Positions 44,177 to 53,819 of a DNA stretch of 64,000 nucleotides are shown here, piece after piece; position 1 is the stretch's first letter; each line of letters starts with the position of its first letter. The notes beneath the pieces are model-generated. The model was given only the letters and a program-made list of their open reading frames with translations. It did not search any database and was not told the DNA's origin. Position numbers and translations under genes: made by a program. Source of the stretch: Chitinivibrionales bacterium. GTDB lineage: Bacteria > Fibrobacterota > Chitinivibrionia > Chitinivibrionales > WJKA01. The DNA is taken from contig WJLZ01000133.1 in NCBI GenBank assembly GCA_014728215.1, positions 13,129 to 77,128 of the forward strand, read 5' to 3'.

Positions 44177-45547
44177 TTATACCGACAGTGAGACCCCGGT
44201 TTTAAAGAGTTTTCCCGCGAATTTGAGGCTCGACGTCTGACATAAAACAAGCACTTCATCATCGGGAAGAATTACCGTATCTCCCCGGGGAATAATAACA
44301 TTTTCTCCCCGCATCACCGCGCCGATCACAATAGACCGCCGAAAAATCTCCTTAAACTCCTGCAGGGGTTTTCCAATGATTTTTGACTTCTTTTCTGCAA
44401 TGAATCGGGTAACCTGTATGTCGGTTTTTTCCAGCCCCAGATGGGCACTGATCGGCATGCGGAGGATGCTCGAGATTATTTTCTGGGCGGTAATTTTGCG
44501 CGGATTGATGATGTGGTCCAGGCCCAGCGATTGAAAGAGCCGTTCATGACGGTCGGTGTTGTTGACCGCAATGACCTCGCCGGCACCTTCGGCTTTTGCA
44601 AGAAGGCAGGACATTACATTGTCTTCGGTATCTTCACCCGAAGCAATGAAAAAATGCGCGTTCTCGATATGTACTTCCTGAAGCATTTCGGTGTTGGTGC
44701 AGTCGCCGTGAAACACTTCAATGCCTTCGAGTTTTGATGCCGCTTTGATTGCATGCTGTTCATCGGGATCTACCAGGATCACCCGCTCAACATAGGGCTT
44801 GCATGCTTCGGCAAGATTGAGCGCCGTCAGGGTGTCACCCGAAATGATGACTTTTTTGACTTTATCCGGTCCCTTGCCGAGTATTTGACGAAAGGTGGCA
44901 AAGGATTCTTTGGGCATGATTGCCACAATCTTGTCGCCGGGGAGCAGTCGTTCTGCTCCCGACGGGGTAATGCTTTTTCCGTTACGGACAATAACCACGA
45001 TCAGCATGGGTGCCGGTGACACAATATTGTTTATCTCGACAAGTGTTTTGTGGGCAAGAGGCATCCCTTCCCTAACTTCATACCCCCGTAAATAGACCTT
45101 GTCCGCCTGGAAATTCGCAGTTTGTGAGACACCGGGCAGTTCGATGTACTGGATTATGACCTTGACAACCTCTTTTTCGGGTTCGACGACATGGGTTACT
45201 CCCAGTTCTTCGAGGCTGATATCAATATCGCCTCTGGTATATTCACCCGATTTAACTCGGGCGATACGGTCGGGAACTCCGTATTGCTTGGCGAAATTGC
45301 AGACGAGGAGGTTGGTTTCGACATTCGGGGTGGCAGCGATAATCATATCGGCATCCTGAATTCCAGCGGCTTTTAATGCCGAAGGACTGCTGCCCTTGGC
45401 ATTGATCGTGAAAACATCGAGCTTGGTATTGATTTCGTTACAGAGGACGGTATCGGTCTCGATTACCGAAATATGGTGTTGATGCTTACTGAGATATTCG
45501 GCCAGGGAAAAACCTACTGTCCCTGCACCTATGATTATAATATTCAC
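44177..45547 (-). CDS. trkA: Trk system potassium uptake protein TrkA
   Basis: 456 aa. Two Rossmann (TrkA-N) modules (IIIGAGTVG and a second module) alternate with TrkA-C modules. It sits directly upstream of trkH. Confidence 0.9.
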   Translation of the reverse strand: MNIIIIGAGTVGFSLAEYLSKHQHHISVIETDTVLCNEINTKLDVFTINAKGSSPSALKAAGIQDADMIIAATPNVETNLLVCNFAKQYGVPDRIARVKSGEYTRGDIDISLEELGVTHVVEPEKEVVKVIIQYIELPGVSQTANFQADKVYLRGYEVREGMPLAHKTLVEINNIVSPAPMLIVVIVRNGKSITPSGAERLLPGDKIVAIMPKESFATFRQILGKGPDKVKKVIISGDTLTALNLAEACKPYVERVILVDPDEQHAIKAASKLEGIEVFHGDCTNTEMLQEVHIENAHFFIASGEDTEDNVMSCLLAKAEGAGEVIAVNNTDRHERLFQSLGLDHIINPRKITAQKIISSILRMPISAHLGLEKTDIQVTRFIAEKKSKIIGKPLQEFKEIFRRSIVIGAVMRGENVIIPRGDTVILPDDEVLVLCQTSSLKFAGKLFKTGVSLSV

Positions 45548-45713
45548 GCCTCTATCCTGCTAGGGTTCTAATCTGACGGCTAACAAAAATAACTTGTTTC
45601 GATGGCTCGGGCAAAGAAGCGGTCAAGAGAGTTTCAGAGGAACCCGCAAAAGGGGGCCCGGCGAGCGGGGTATGCTCGATTAAGTATATTTATAATGATA
45701 GTATCGACGAGAT

Positions 45714-47999
45714 GTGGTGTCCGGTCTTTCTTTTATGGATGTATTCGAACATAATAAGCAACAGTTTCTGGAAAAAAACGCCCCTTTAGCCGACAGGATG
45801 CGTCCACGCACGTTGGATGAGTTTGCAGGACAGGAGCATATTATTGGACCCGGAAGGCTTCTCCGGCGGGCGATAACCATCGATCAGCTTTCCAGTGTCA
45901 TATTTTACGGTCCTCCCGGCACAGGTAAAACAACCCTTGCCAGAATTATCGCCAAAACCACAAAGGCAAGGTTTATTTCCATCAATGCGGTGCTTGCGGG
46001 TGTCAAGGACATTCGTGAAGCGATCGATACCGCCCAGAAAACGCTGTCCTTGTATTCCCAACGGACAATTCTCTTTGTCGATGAAGTCCATCGGTTCAAT
46101 AAGTCGCAGCAGGATGCGCTTTTGCCCCATGTTGAAAACGGGGTAATCATATTGATCGGGGCCACAACCGAAAATCCATATTTTGAAGTAAACAAGGCGC
46201 TGGTGTCACGGTCACGGATTTTCCAGTTGAAAAGCCTTACGTCCGATGACCTCCGGAAGGTTGCGCGGATGGCTCTTGAGGATAAAGAGCGGGGCTTTGG
46301 TGAATTTGACGTTCATATCGACGACGATGCTTTGGATCACCTTGTGAGTGTTGCCAACGGTGATGCCCGGGGAGTGCTCAATGCTCTGGAACTTGCCGTG
46401 GAAACCACTTCACCCGACTCCGAAGGTGCTGTCCGTATCACCCGCGATGTTGCTGAAGAGTCGATTCAGCAGAAGGCGGTGTTGTATGATAAGGACGGCG
46501 ATGCTCATTATGATACCATCTCGGCCTTTATCAAGTCGGTCCGTGGCTCCGATCCTGATGCCGCCCTCTACTGGATGGCACGGATGGTGTATGCCGGTGA
46601 AGATCCCCGGTTTATTTTTCGCAGAATGCTCATTCTGGCGTCCGAAGATATCGGCCTGGCCGATCCCGATGCCCTGAGCGTGGTCATGAGTGCTGCACAG
46701 GCATTCGATTATGTGGGGCTTCCTGAAGGTCGGTTTCATCTTGCTCAGGCCTGTCTCTATCTTGCCACAGCAGCCAAAAGCAATTCGACGATGGCCTTTT
46801 TCGATGCGCTGAAATCGGTGGGCAATGAAATGACCGGTGAAGTGCCTGATCATCTTAAAGACGCATCCAGAGACGGTGATGATTTCGGCCATGGAAAGGG
46901 ATACCTCTATCCCCATGCATTCAGGGACCATTGGGCTGCCCAGCAGTATCTTCCCGATGTTTTGCAGGGGAAGGTTTTTTATCAACCATCCGGTCAGGGA
47001 AGAGAAGGGGGGATTAAAGAGCGGGTTGACAGGTTGCGTGAGGCGCGGGTCGAGGCCATGGTGGAGCAGGATGAGTCGGATCCTTTTAATTCTTTCAGAG
47101 AGAGTGAGTCGCAACCTGGTCGAAGTGCCTGGATTAAAAGGACGGCTTCGGAGGCGACCCTCGCAGAGATCAGAGACCGCCTGCTGGAGCTTGCACACGT
47201 GAACAAAGAGAGCTTGGTCCTCGACCTCCACGCCCGCACAGGCCTTCTGGCCTTTGAAGCTGTGCGGCGGGTACGGGAGGGCGCAGTATGGGCGATGGCC
47301 CATTCCGACAAAGAGTATTTCACTCTCTCCACAATGGCTTCACAGTTCGATACACTCAACCGGCCGCAGATTGTTTTAAGGACCCCAAAATCGCTGATCG
47401 ATGACATTCGTAATGAAGCCGGCGATGAAATCGCCTTTACCTCGATTGTAGGAAGAAATATCCTTGCAAAGCATGCCGATAAGCCCGGCTTGCTCCGCTC
47501 AATTACCGGTCTCCTTGCTTCCGGAGGAACACTTGCCCTTGCCGAAACAATTCCCGCACTCGGCCAACGCCTCTCGGAACTGATAACTTTTCCCAAAAAA
47601 TATGCTGCACTGAAAAAGAAATTTACCCGGATCGAGCAACTGCTCTTTACCGATACGAACGACCCTATGGTCAACTGGACGCTCGAAACGCTCGAAAAAG
47701 AGCTGACGCTGGATTCCGGTTATGAGCTGCGGACCTATATGGAAATGCAGCACCATTCCAAACGCATTACCGCTCAGGAAGTAGAATTCTGGTTCAGGGG
47801 ACCGTCGGGAGAGAAACGTCGATCTCTGGGTGACCGGCTGCGGGAAACACTTTCTGAAAACGAGGTTTCGTTATGTAAAGATGTCGTCCGCAGGGCCGTT
47901 GTCGACCAGGATATTTCCTGGAAAACCGCAATCGGGTATATCAGGATACGTAAAGGGGAGTCGAAAGTCGAAGGCCAAGATACAACAATAATGGATTAG
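45714..47999 (+). CDS. rarA: replication-associated recombination protein A (RarA/MgsA) with about 300-aa C-terminal methyltransferase-like extension
   Basis: 761 aa. AAA+ motifs GPPGTGKTT and FVDEVHRFNK, plus an MgsA_C region (DAHYD..SA..KS.RGSDPDAALYW). The extension carries a degenerate class-I methyltransferase-like layout (LVLDLHARTGLL, FTSIVGRNIL, LLASGGTLALAE). The start is uncertain: GTG at 45714 or ATG at 45735. Confidence 0.85.
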   Translation: MVSGLSFMDVFEHNKQQFLEKNAPLADRMRPRTLDEFAGQEHIIGPGRLLRRAITIDQLSSVIFYGPPGTGKTTLARIIAKTTKARFISINAVLAGVKDIREAIDTAQKTLSLYSQRTILFVDEVHRFNKSQQDALLPHVENGVIILIGATTENPYFEVNKALVSRSRIFQLKSLTSDDLRKVARMALEDKERGFGEFDVHIDDDALDHLVSVANGDARGVLNALELAVETTSPDSEGAVRITRDVAEESIQQKAVLYDKDGDAHYDTISAFIKSVRGSDPDAALYWMARMVYAGEDPRFIFRRMLILASEDIGLADPDALSVVMSAAQAFDYVGLPEGRFHLAQACLYLATAAKSNSTMAFFDALKSVGNEMTGEVPDHLKDASRDGDDFGHGKGYLYPHAFRDHWAAQQYLPDVLQGKVFYQPSGQGREGGIKERVDRLREARVEAMVEQDESDPFNSFRESESQPGRSAWIKRTASEATLAEIRDRLLELAHVNKESLVLDLHARTGLLAFEAVRRVREGAVWAMAHSDKEYFTLSTMASQFDTLNRPQIVLRTPKSLIDDIRNEAGDEIAFTSIVGRNILAKHADKPGLLRSITGLLASGGTLALAETIPALGQRLSELITFPKKYAALKKKFTRIEQLLFTDTNDPMVNWTLETLEKELTLDSGYELRTYMEMQHHSKRITAQEVEFWFRGPSGEKRRSLGDRLRETLSENEVSLCKDVVRRAVVDQDISWKTAIGYIRIRKGESKVEGQDTTIMD

Positions 48000-48105
48000 G
48001 ATACCAGGCTGCGATAATGGATTCCAGTATCCGGGACCAGCCTCACCCCCAACCACTCACATCGTTGTCACGCTCCCGATAGCACCTCGTGAGGGGGCTT
48101 TTGTC

Positions 48106-48573
48106 TCAGATCTCCCTTTTCTTCCCCTCGTCCGTCATTTTCTCCACAATCATCGTCACCGGCCCGTCGTTGACAATCTCAACATCCATCATGGCGCCGA
48201 AAATACCGGTTTCAACTTTGTGAACGCGTTGTTTCAGGCAGGCAACAAAATATTCGTAGAGTTCATTTCCCTTTTCAGGGCGCGCTGCTTCAACAAAGCT
48301 GGGGCGCCGTCCTTTGCGGCAATCGCCGTAGAGGGTGAATTGGGAGACAACCAGTGCTTCGCCGTCGATATCGAGCACTGAGCGGTTCATTTTCCCGGCT
48401 TCATCACTGAAAATCCGCAATTCCGCGCATTTTTTTGCACAGAATTCGGCTTCGGTCTCCGTGTCGGTGGCATGGACGCCGAGAAGAATGAGGATTCCTT
48501 TACCGATTTTGCCGGTAATTGTCCCCTCGACACTGACGGTGGACTGGTGGACGCGCTGAAGGACGATTCGCAT
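48106..48573 (-). CDS. dtd: D-aminoacyl-tRNA deacylase
   Basis: The ORF extends to 48606, but the ATG at 48573 gives the canonical MRIVLQRV start and avoids overlap with the upstream gene. Motif SQFTLYGD. Confidence 0.9.
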   Translation of the reverse strand: MRIVLQRVHQSTVSVEGTITGKIGKGILILLGVHATDTETEAEFCAKKCAELRIFSDEAGKMNRSVLDIDGEALVVSQFTLYGDCRKGRRPSFVEAARPEKGNELYEYFVACLKQRVHKVETGIFGAMMDVEIVNDGPVTMIVEKMTDEGKKREI

Positions 48574-48577
48574 GGCG

Positions 48578-49198
48578 CTAAAAGTTAAAGGAAAATCCCA
48601 TTTCAAAGCCGAGACCGCTCATATTGCGATAATAAATGGTGTTACGATCATCTTTGTCTCGACGACGGGTATTGGCCCATTGGTAATTGATTCCCGCCAA
48701 AACTGAAGCATTTTCGCTGAAACCGTAAACACCGTCGAGAGCAAGTTGCATATATAAGCCATGGTAATAGCGGGTTGTATTTTCAATCTCTTTGCCCCGT
48801 TGAGAATAAATGTGGGGCATGTAGCCGATATTGAATTGAAGCAGGGGATGAACAAGCATATGTGAAAGAGGGTCCACAAAAATAAACCCGGAAACAGGAA
48901 ACATAAAGCTTTTAATGTCCTCCTGGACAGTCTTCTGCTGGTCAGAGATGCTGGTATCGATTAACGTGTCTTTGTCTTTCGTTGAGCGGTTCCATATGAA
49001 ATCGGCGCCGACACCGAAACCGACTTTTTCGTCGATATCAATTCCGTATTCCACCGTGGCGTCCCAGGCTGTCTTTGTGTCGGTATCAAGAAGATACCGG
49101 GGCCAGAGCGGACCGATTTTCAAATTCAGAACATTCTCTCCAAACACCGATGATATCGTGCTCACGCAGAGAATAAAGAGTGCGATATTCTTTTTCAT
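48578..49198 (-). CDS. small outer-membrane beta-barrel protein (hypothetical)
   Basis: 206 aa. Signal peptide, alternating aromatic beta-strand pattern, and a C-terminal ...GFEMGFSFNF ending in Phe. Confidence 0.5.
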   Translation of the reverse strand: MKKNIALFILCVSTISSVFGENVLNLKIGPLWPRYLLDTDTKTAWDATVEYGIDIDEKVGFGVGADFIWNRSTKDKDTLIDTSISDQQKTVQEDIKSFMFPVSGFIFVDPLSHMLVHPLLQFNIGYMPHIYSQRGKEIENTTRYYHGLYMQLALDGVYGFSENASVLAGINYQWANTRRRDKDDRNTIYYRNMSGLGFEMGFSFNF

Positions 49199-49460
49199 TG
49201 GATCCTCCTTTTTTGTTTTTCAATATAATTTATAATATCTATTTCTCAAAACAGAGCCATTGGAAAGGAATGGCGGTGGTAGGAGCGGAGCTTAAGAACT
49301 GAAAAATATGCTTTCGTTCGAGTTCCTTAAGCGACTATTCCATCTCAGTCCCCTGATTGTCTCTCTTAATGTTCGACCTTGGATCTTCGGTCCTCCAAAA
49401 AATGTACTCAAATATATGCACACATTGGCCGTTGCATTTTGTTCTAAGTTTATTTATTAT

Positions 49461-50321
49461 ATGGACATGGCAAACGAAAATTTACCCACTGTGTTTCACT
49501 ATAACGATTTTCGTAAGTTCCTGGATGATTATCAGCAGGAACGGCAGAAATTCGATAAGAATTTCAACCGCTCCAATGTCTGCAGACTTCTTGGACTCTC
49601 AAAGAGCAGAAGTTTCTTTAATGATGTCATCAAAGGCAAAACGGTCACGTCTACCTTTATCGACCGGTTTATTAAGGTTTTCGAGCTTAAAAAGGATGAG
49701 GCTCAGTTTTTCAGAGTTCTGGTTAAATACAACCAGGCCATGGAGCCGGGAGAACGGGAGCTCTATTTTCAGCAGCTAATTTCGTTAAATAAAACACCCC
49801 GTCAGATACTCGATCTCAATGTCTACGAATATTTCAAAGAATGGCGCCACAGCGTTATCAGGGCTATGCTCGATGTTTACAATTGTACCGAGGACGATTA
49901 TGGAGAGCTTGGGAAAAAGATAAATCCTCCCCTTACTGAGAAAACGGTCCGGGAATCAATTAATCTTCTGAAAAATCTCGAACTGGTTGCGCAGGACGAA
50001 AAGGGGTTTTTAAAACCGACCCAAAAAATTATACAAACCCCACCATATATCAACGATGATCTGGTGAAACATTATCAGATGCAGTCTCTGGAAACGGCCA
50101 AACGGGCTCTTTTCTCAAATTCCGATCAGATGCAGAACGTTTCCACAAAATTGATCAGTATCTCTGAGCTTGGCCTTAAAAGGATTGAACGGCAATTGCA
50201 GAAGTTTAAATCTGAAGTTACTTCAATAATTCATAAAGATCATCACGAATCAGACCGTATCTATGAGCTTGCCATGTTCCTGGTACCGGTCACAAAGATT
50301 AAAAAAGGAGGGAAGCAATGA
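49461..50321 (+). CDS. TIGR02147/DUF4423 family protein (putative DNA-binding regulator)
   Basis: The ORF opens at 49308, and ATGs lie at 49461 and 49467. The pattern below matches my memory of the Fibrobacter-type TIGR02147 family: Y.DFRKFL.DY...., LLGLS...FFNDVIKGK, EAQFF..LV.YNQA, Y..W....IRAML, DRIYELAMFLVPVT. The stop overlaps the next start (ATGA). Confidence 0.6.
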   Translation: MDMANENLPTVFHYNDFRKFLDDYQQERQKFDKNFNRSNVCRLLGLSKSRSFFNDVIKGKTVTSTFIDRFIKVFELKKDEAQFFRVLVKYNQAMEPGERELYFQQLISLNKTPRQILDLNVYEYFKEWRHSVIRAMLDVYNCTEDDYGELGKKINPPLTEKTVRESINLLKNLELVAQDEKGFLKPTQKIIQTPPYINDDLVKHYQMQSLETAKRALFSNSDQMQNVSTKLISISELGLKRIERQLQKFKSEVTSIIHKDHHESDRIYELAMFLVPVTKIKKGGKQ

Positions 50322-52135
50322 AAAAAATGCTGCTTGCCCTTCACGTGGCATTATTTTCCTGTTTATGCGCACTGTTGTATTGTTCATCGGAGCAACCGAT
50401 TGCTGGTACCGAAACCGGCACTGAAACCGGTACACTGACAGGTTCTGTGAGTACTGCTGACAATAAACCTGTTGCCAATGCCTATGTTTTCCTCCATCCA
50501 GGTTTTTCACCGGTTGAACAGGTCGCTCTCAATGAAATTCGTGCAGTAGATTCCACCTGGACCGATAACCGTGGCTCTTTTACTTTCAACCCGATACCCA
50601 AAGGCGACTACAATGTCGAAATAATTTCCGGTGATTCGGTCGGTGCATTGCTCAATGCTTCGGTTGCCGGCCGTGATACGGATTCTGTTTCGGGTGTTGT
50701 TCAGACACTGGGCTCGATATCGGGAACGGTAGATTCGGCTCTTCTTAATCGGGAACAAAAGCTTTATGTGTACATTCCCGAAATTGAACGTATCACAGAA
50801 GTAGAACCTGCGGGCTCCTTTTCATTTGTTCATGTGCCGCAGAGCGATTATACATTCTATGTGACAACAATAAGCGGCGCCGTCGAGGCTGAGCATGAGT
50901 CGGTACCGGTAAGGAAAGGAGAACGGACGATTCTTGGGTCTGTAGGATCCCTTTCAGGTTCGCCGCAAATCAGTCATCTGCCTGCACCTGAAAAGCCGAA
51001 AGGGTTGAAGGCTACGGTTTATTCATATACATCGATAAAACTTGTCTGGGACAGCCTTCCTTACGTTCATCTGTATTACATTTACAGAATGTCTCCTGAA
51101 ACTGGCCTCTACGACCTGCTTGATTCTACCCTGAGAACACATTATCTCGATTCCGGTTTGGCTGAAGGAACCACTTGTTACTATAAAGTCGCTGCTGCAA
51201 ATGATGCGGGCGTGTCTTCACGCAGCGAGTATGAATCGGCAACAACACCTTCTTCACAGGGGTACAAATTCGAACGGAAACCCGATCTACAATATACGCT
51301 GACTTCTTATGAGATTTCTTCATCGGATGAAGCTGCATTTAATGTATCGGATAATAAAATATCATCCTTCTGGTCGGCCTGGGATACGGCCTATCTTGAT
51401 ATTGTCCACCTCAATGCCTTCGATTATGCGGATTACAGCGAAGAACCGTCAAGTTCCGATGACTGCGGTATGGCATTGAAATCGGCCTATGGAGACAGCG
51501 GCGTCTATTTCTTCTTTGAGGTCAATGATGATGAATGGGTCGATTCTCTGGCGGAAAAAATATACGGTAACGATGCTGTAGAACTCATGGTGGACAGACG
51601 GTCGGCAGAGGAACTTTATACGCAGGGAACCCCCTACTTTGTTAACGTTGATTACAGTCAGCTGACGCAGAGTTATATGCAGGTACAGGTCCGATTCGGA
51701 GCTTCCGAGCCGAGCAATAACGCCAGCATAAACTGGTTTGATCAGGCGATGGCATATGATTCGGGGTTAACCGATCCCTCCGGATTTGTGGAGTTCAACA
51801 GAGGACTGACCCTCGACAGTATTGCAGCCCAATGGGGCATCAAGATTGAAATAATATTCTCTCCCATCGATACACCTTCCGTTCGCCGTCAGGAATGGCT
51901 GGTTCCATGGGATGTATGGGGAGGAACACCCGGGATTGCTCGAAAAACCGCAGGCAGCAGGTTTGCTTGTGCCTTTGGGTACAACGATATGGATTCAGGT
52001 GCGGGAAATCACACGGCTCTTAGGTGGAGGAACCGCACCGATCCGTATTCCACCGATGTTAACCCGGCTACCAGCGATACAACATCTGTGGATTCGTGGG
52101 GGGATATCCTCCTCGGTCCCAAATTAGATAAATGA
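50318..52135 (+). CDS. secreted lipoprotein: carboxypeptidase-regulatory-like domain, FN3 domain, C-terminal CBM9-like domain
   Basis: 605 aa. Lipobox ALLYCSS. A region resembling CarboxypepD_reg (GSVSTADNKPVANAYVFL). An FN3-like region (PKGLKATVYSYTSIKLVWDS...YYKVAAANDAGVSS). The C-terminal roughly 300 aa carry DDCGMALKSAYGDSGVYFFFEVNDDEW...GNDAVELMVD, typical of CBM9/DOMON-like folds. Confidence 0.55.
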   Translation: MKKMLLALHVALFSCLCALLYCSSEQPIAGTETGTETGTLTGSVSTADNKPVANAYVFLHPGFSPVEQVALNEIRAVDSTWTDNRGSFTFNPIPKGDYNVEIISGDSVGALLNASVAGRDTDSVSGVVQTLGSISGTVDSALLNREQKLYVYIPEIERITEVEPAGSFSFVHVPQSDYTFYVTTISGAVEAEHESVPVRKGERTILGSVGSLSGSPQISHLPAPEKPKGLKATVYSYTSIKLVWDSLPYVHLYYIYRMSPETGLYDLLDSTLRTHYLDSGLAEGTTCYYKVAAANDAGVSSRSEYESATTPSSQGYKFERKPDLQYTLTSYEISSSDEAAFNVSDNKISSFWSAWDTAYLDIVHLNAFDYADYSEEPSSSDDCGMALKSAYGDSGVYFFFEVNDDEWVDSLAEKIYGNDAVELMVDRRSAEELYTQGTPYFVNVDYSQLTQSYMQVQVRFGASEPSNNASINWFDQAMAYDSGLTDPSGFVEFNRGLTLDSIAAQWGIKIEIIFSPIDTPSVRRQEWLVPWDVWGGTPGIARKTAGSRFACAFGYNDMDSGAGNHTALRWRNRTDPYSTDVNPATSDTTSVDSWGDILLGPKLDK

Positions 52136-52352
52136 AAGAAAATATGGGTTCAATTATTATTGTAGATTTATTAGTACATCCCTGTTTTATAAATTATTTT
52201 AATTTTTATACCCGAAAACAACAAAAAGACGAGTTTAATGTGATCGCAAGTACAACGAAAGGAGGTTTGCGCAAAGGCTGAATATTACTCAATGATGCAA
52301 TTGGGGTGTATTGTGACGGCTAATTGAATTTTTTTGAAAGGAGCTACCTATT

Positions 52353-53588
52353 ATGAAACGTTTTACAGTTTTGATGTTATGTCTTTTTGTTACTTCCTTA
52401 TCAGTGGCGCAATTCGAGCGCGCTCCTGATCAGTCTCTCAAGCTTACCGCCTACCATCTTTCGTCCGCCGAAGAAGCACTATTCCAGGTCGACGACAACA
52501 ATCAGAAATCCTGTTTCTGGTATTGCTGGGATATTTCAGCGTCACTCGACAGGGCTACCCTCGATGAAAACAACTGGGCCTATGGAACACTTCCCGACGG
52601 CACCGGAAATGACTGCGGTATGGATCTTATGGCAGCCTATGGTGACAGAGGTGTCTATTTTCTTTTTCAGGTTACCGATGATGACTGGCAGGGCTTGATT
52701 TATCCCGAAGCCTATGGCAATGATGCATGTGAGCTGTTTATCGATCAGCATTCTTCAACCGAGCTGTATGGAAGTATTGGTAGTGCTGCCCCACTCTTTA
52801 TCGATCTTTCGATGAGCCAGTTGACCGAATCCTTCGCTCAGTTCCAGATCCGTTTTGGCGGAAGCGAACCGGTTGAGAATTTCCGCTATAATCTTTTTAA
52901 CATTCATGTGGCTGGTGAACCATGGCTTTCGAATCCTGAAAACTTTGTGTCATATCAAACAGTCCGTATCGATGATGCAGAGGCCTTGTATGGCATTAGG
53001 GTTGATATCCTTGATGCAGAGGGCGGAGTCACGAGTGTTCGCCGTCAGGAATGGTTTGTTCCGTGGGATGTCTGGGGTGCTTCACCTGGTGTTGCTCCGC
53101 AAAGCGCAGGATCCGAATTAGCAATGACATTCGGTTATAATGACCTCGATGCTGCAGAGCCCAATTCATTTACCGCTCTTCGCTGGCGTCTGCCCGGTGA
53201 CCCTTTCCACAAGGAAGCCAATCCGATTTCCGGTGCTGAAGAATCGGTAGATGCCTGGGGCGATATCGCCTTTGGCATGAATCTCGATGATTTTCTGGAA
53301 GGCGAAGGACAACCTGTGTTTGATGAAGCAACCGCCGGTGCAGCCGATCATGCCTACTGCCCCGGATGGATTGATGTCCAGGTGCCGATCAATCGGTGGA
53401 ACCCAAGGTCGTCAAACATAGTCAAAACTCAGTATTTCACACCAGGCGGCCGGATGCTCAAGGTTATCGACGGCGCTCTTCAGGCACCGTCAAACAGCGT
53501 TATTCTCCGGAAACAAATCACCGCAGATAACCGCGTTGTCATCACCCAGGGTATTGCAACCGATGGTAAAATTAGTTACGCCCGATAA
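52353..53588 (+). CDS. secreted CBM9-like domain protein (paralog of the C-terminal domain of the upstream gene)
   Basis: 411 aa with a signal peptide. NDCGMDLMAAYGDRGVYFLFQVTDDDW...GNDACELFID...VRRQEWFVPWDVWG...ALRWR aligns colinearly with residues from about 300 to 600 of the 50318 gene. Confidence 0.55.
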   Translation: MKRFTVLMLCLFVTSLSVAQFERAPDQSLKLTAYHLSSAEEALFQVDDNNQKSCFWYCWDISASLDRATLDENNWAYGTLPDGTGNDCGMDLMAAYGDRGVYFLFQVTDDDWQGLIYPEAYGNDACELFIDQHSSTELYGSIGSAAPLFIDLSMSQLTESFAQFQIRFGGSEPVENFRYNLFNIHVAGEPWLSNPENFVSYQTVRIDDAEALYGIRVDILDAEGGVTSVRRQEWFVPWDVWGASPGVAPQSAGSELAMTFGYNDLDAAEPNSFTALRWRLPGDPFHKEANPISGAEESVDAWGDIAFGMNLDDFLEGEGQPVFDEATAGAADHAYCPGWIDVQVPINRWNPRSSNIVKTQYFTPGGRMLKVIDGALQAPSNSVILRKQITADNRVVITQGIATDGKISYAR

Positions 53589-53618
53589 TTAAAATTATCT
53601 GGGTTTCATTTTTAAAAA

Positions 53619-53643
53619 GGCGGAGTAATCCGCCTTTTTTTAT
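53619..53643 (+). terminator. rho-independent terminator
   Basis: GGCGGA / TCCGCC stem with a GTAA loop, followed by T9. Confidence 0.7.
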
Positions 53644-53819
53644 TCATCCCTGGTAATAACTGCTCCTGCAGCGGGTGAATGAATCATTGTATACCGGTAC
53701 GCTTCATGTTCCTGCAATCAAATTATTTTTCTTTCCCCACTTCACATTTAAGCAGGGAATTCTCTATTTTCTTACTATATCTAAATTATCAGGAAGCGAA
53801 ATAACAAGAAGGAGCCTCA

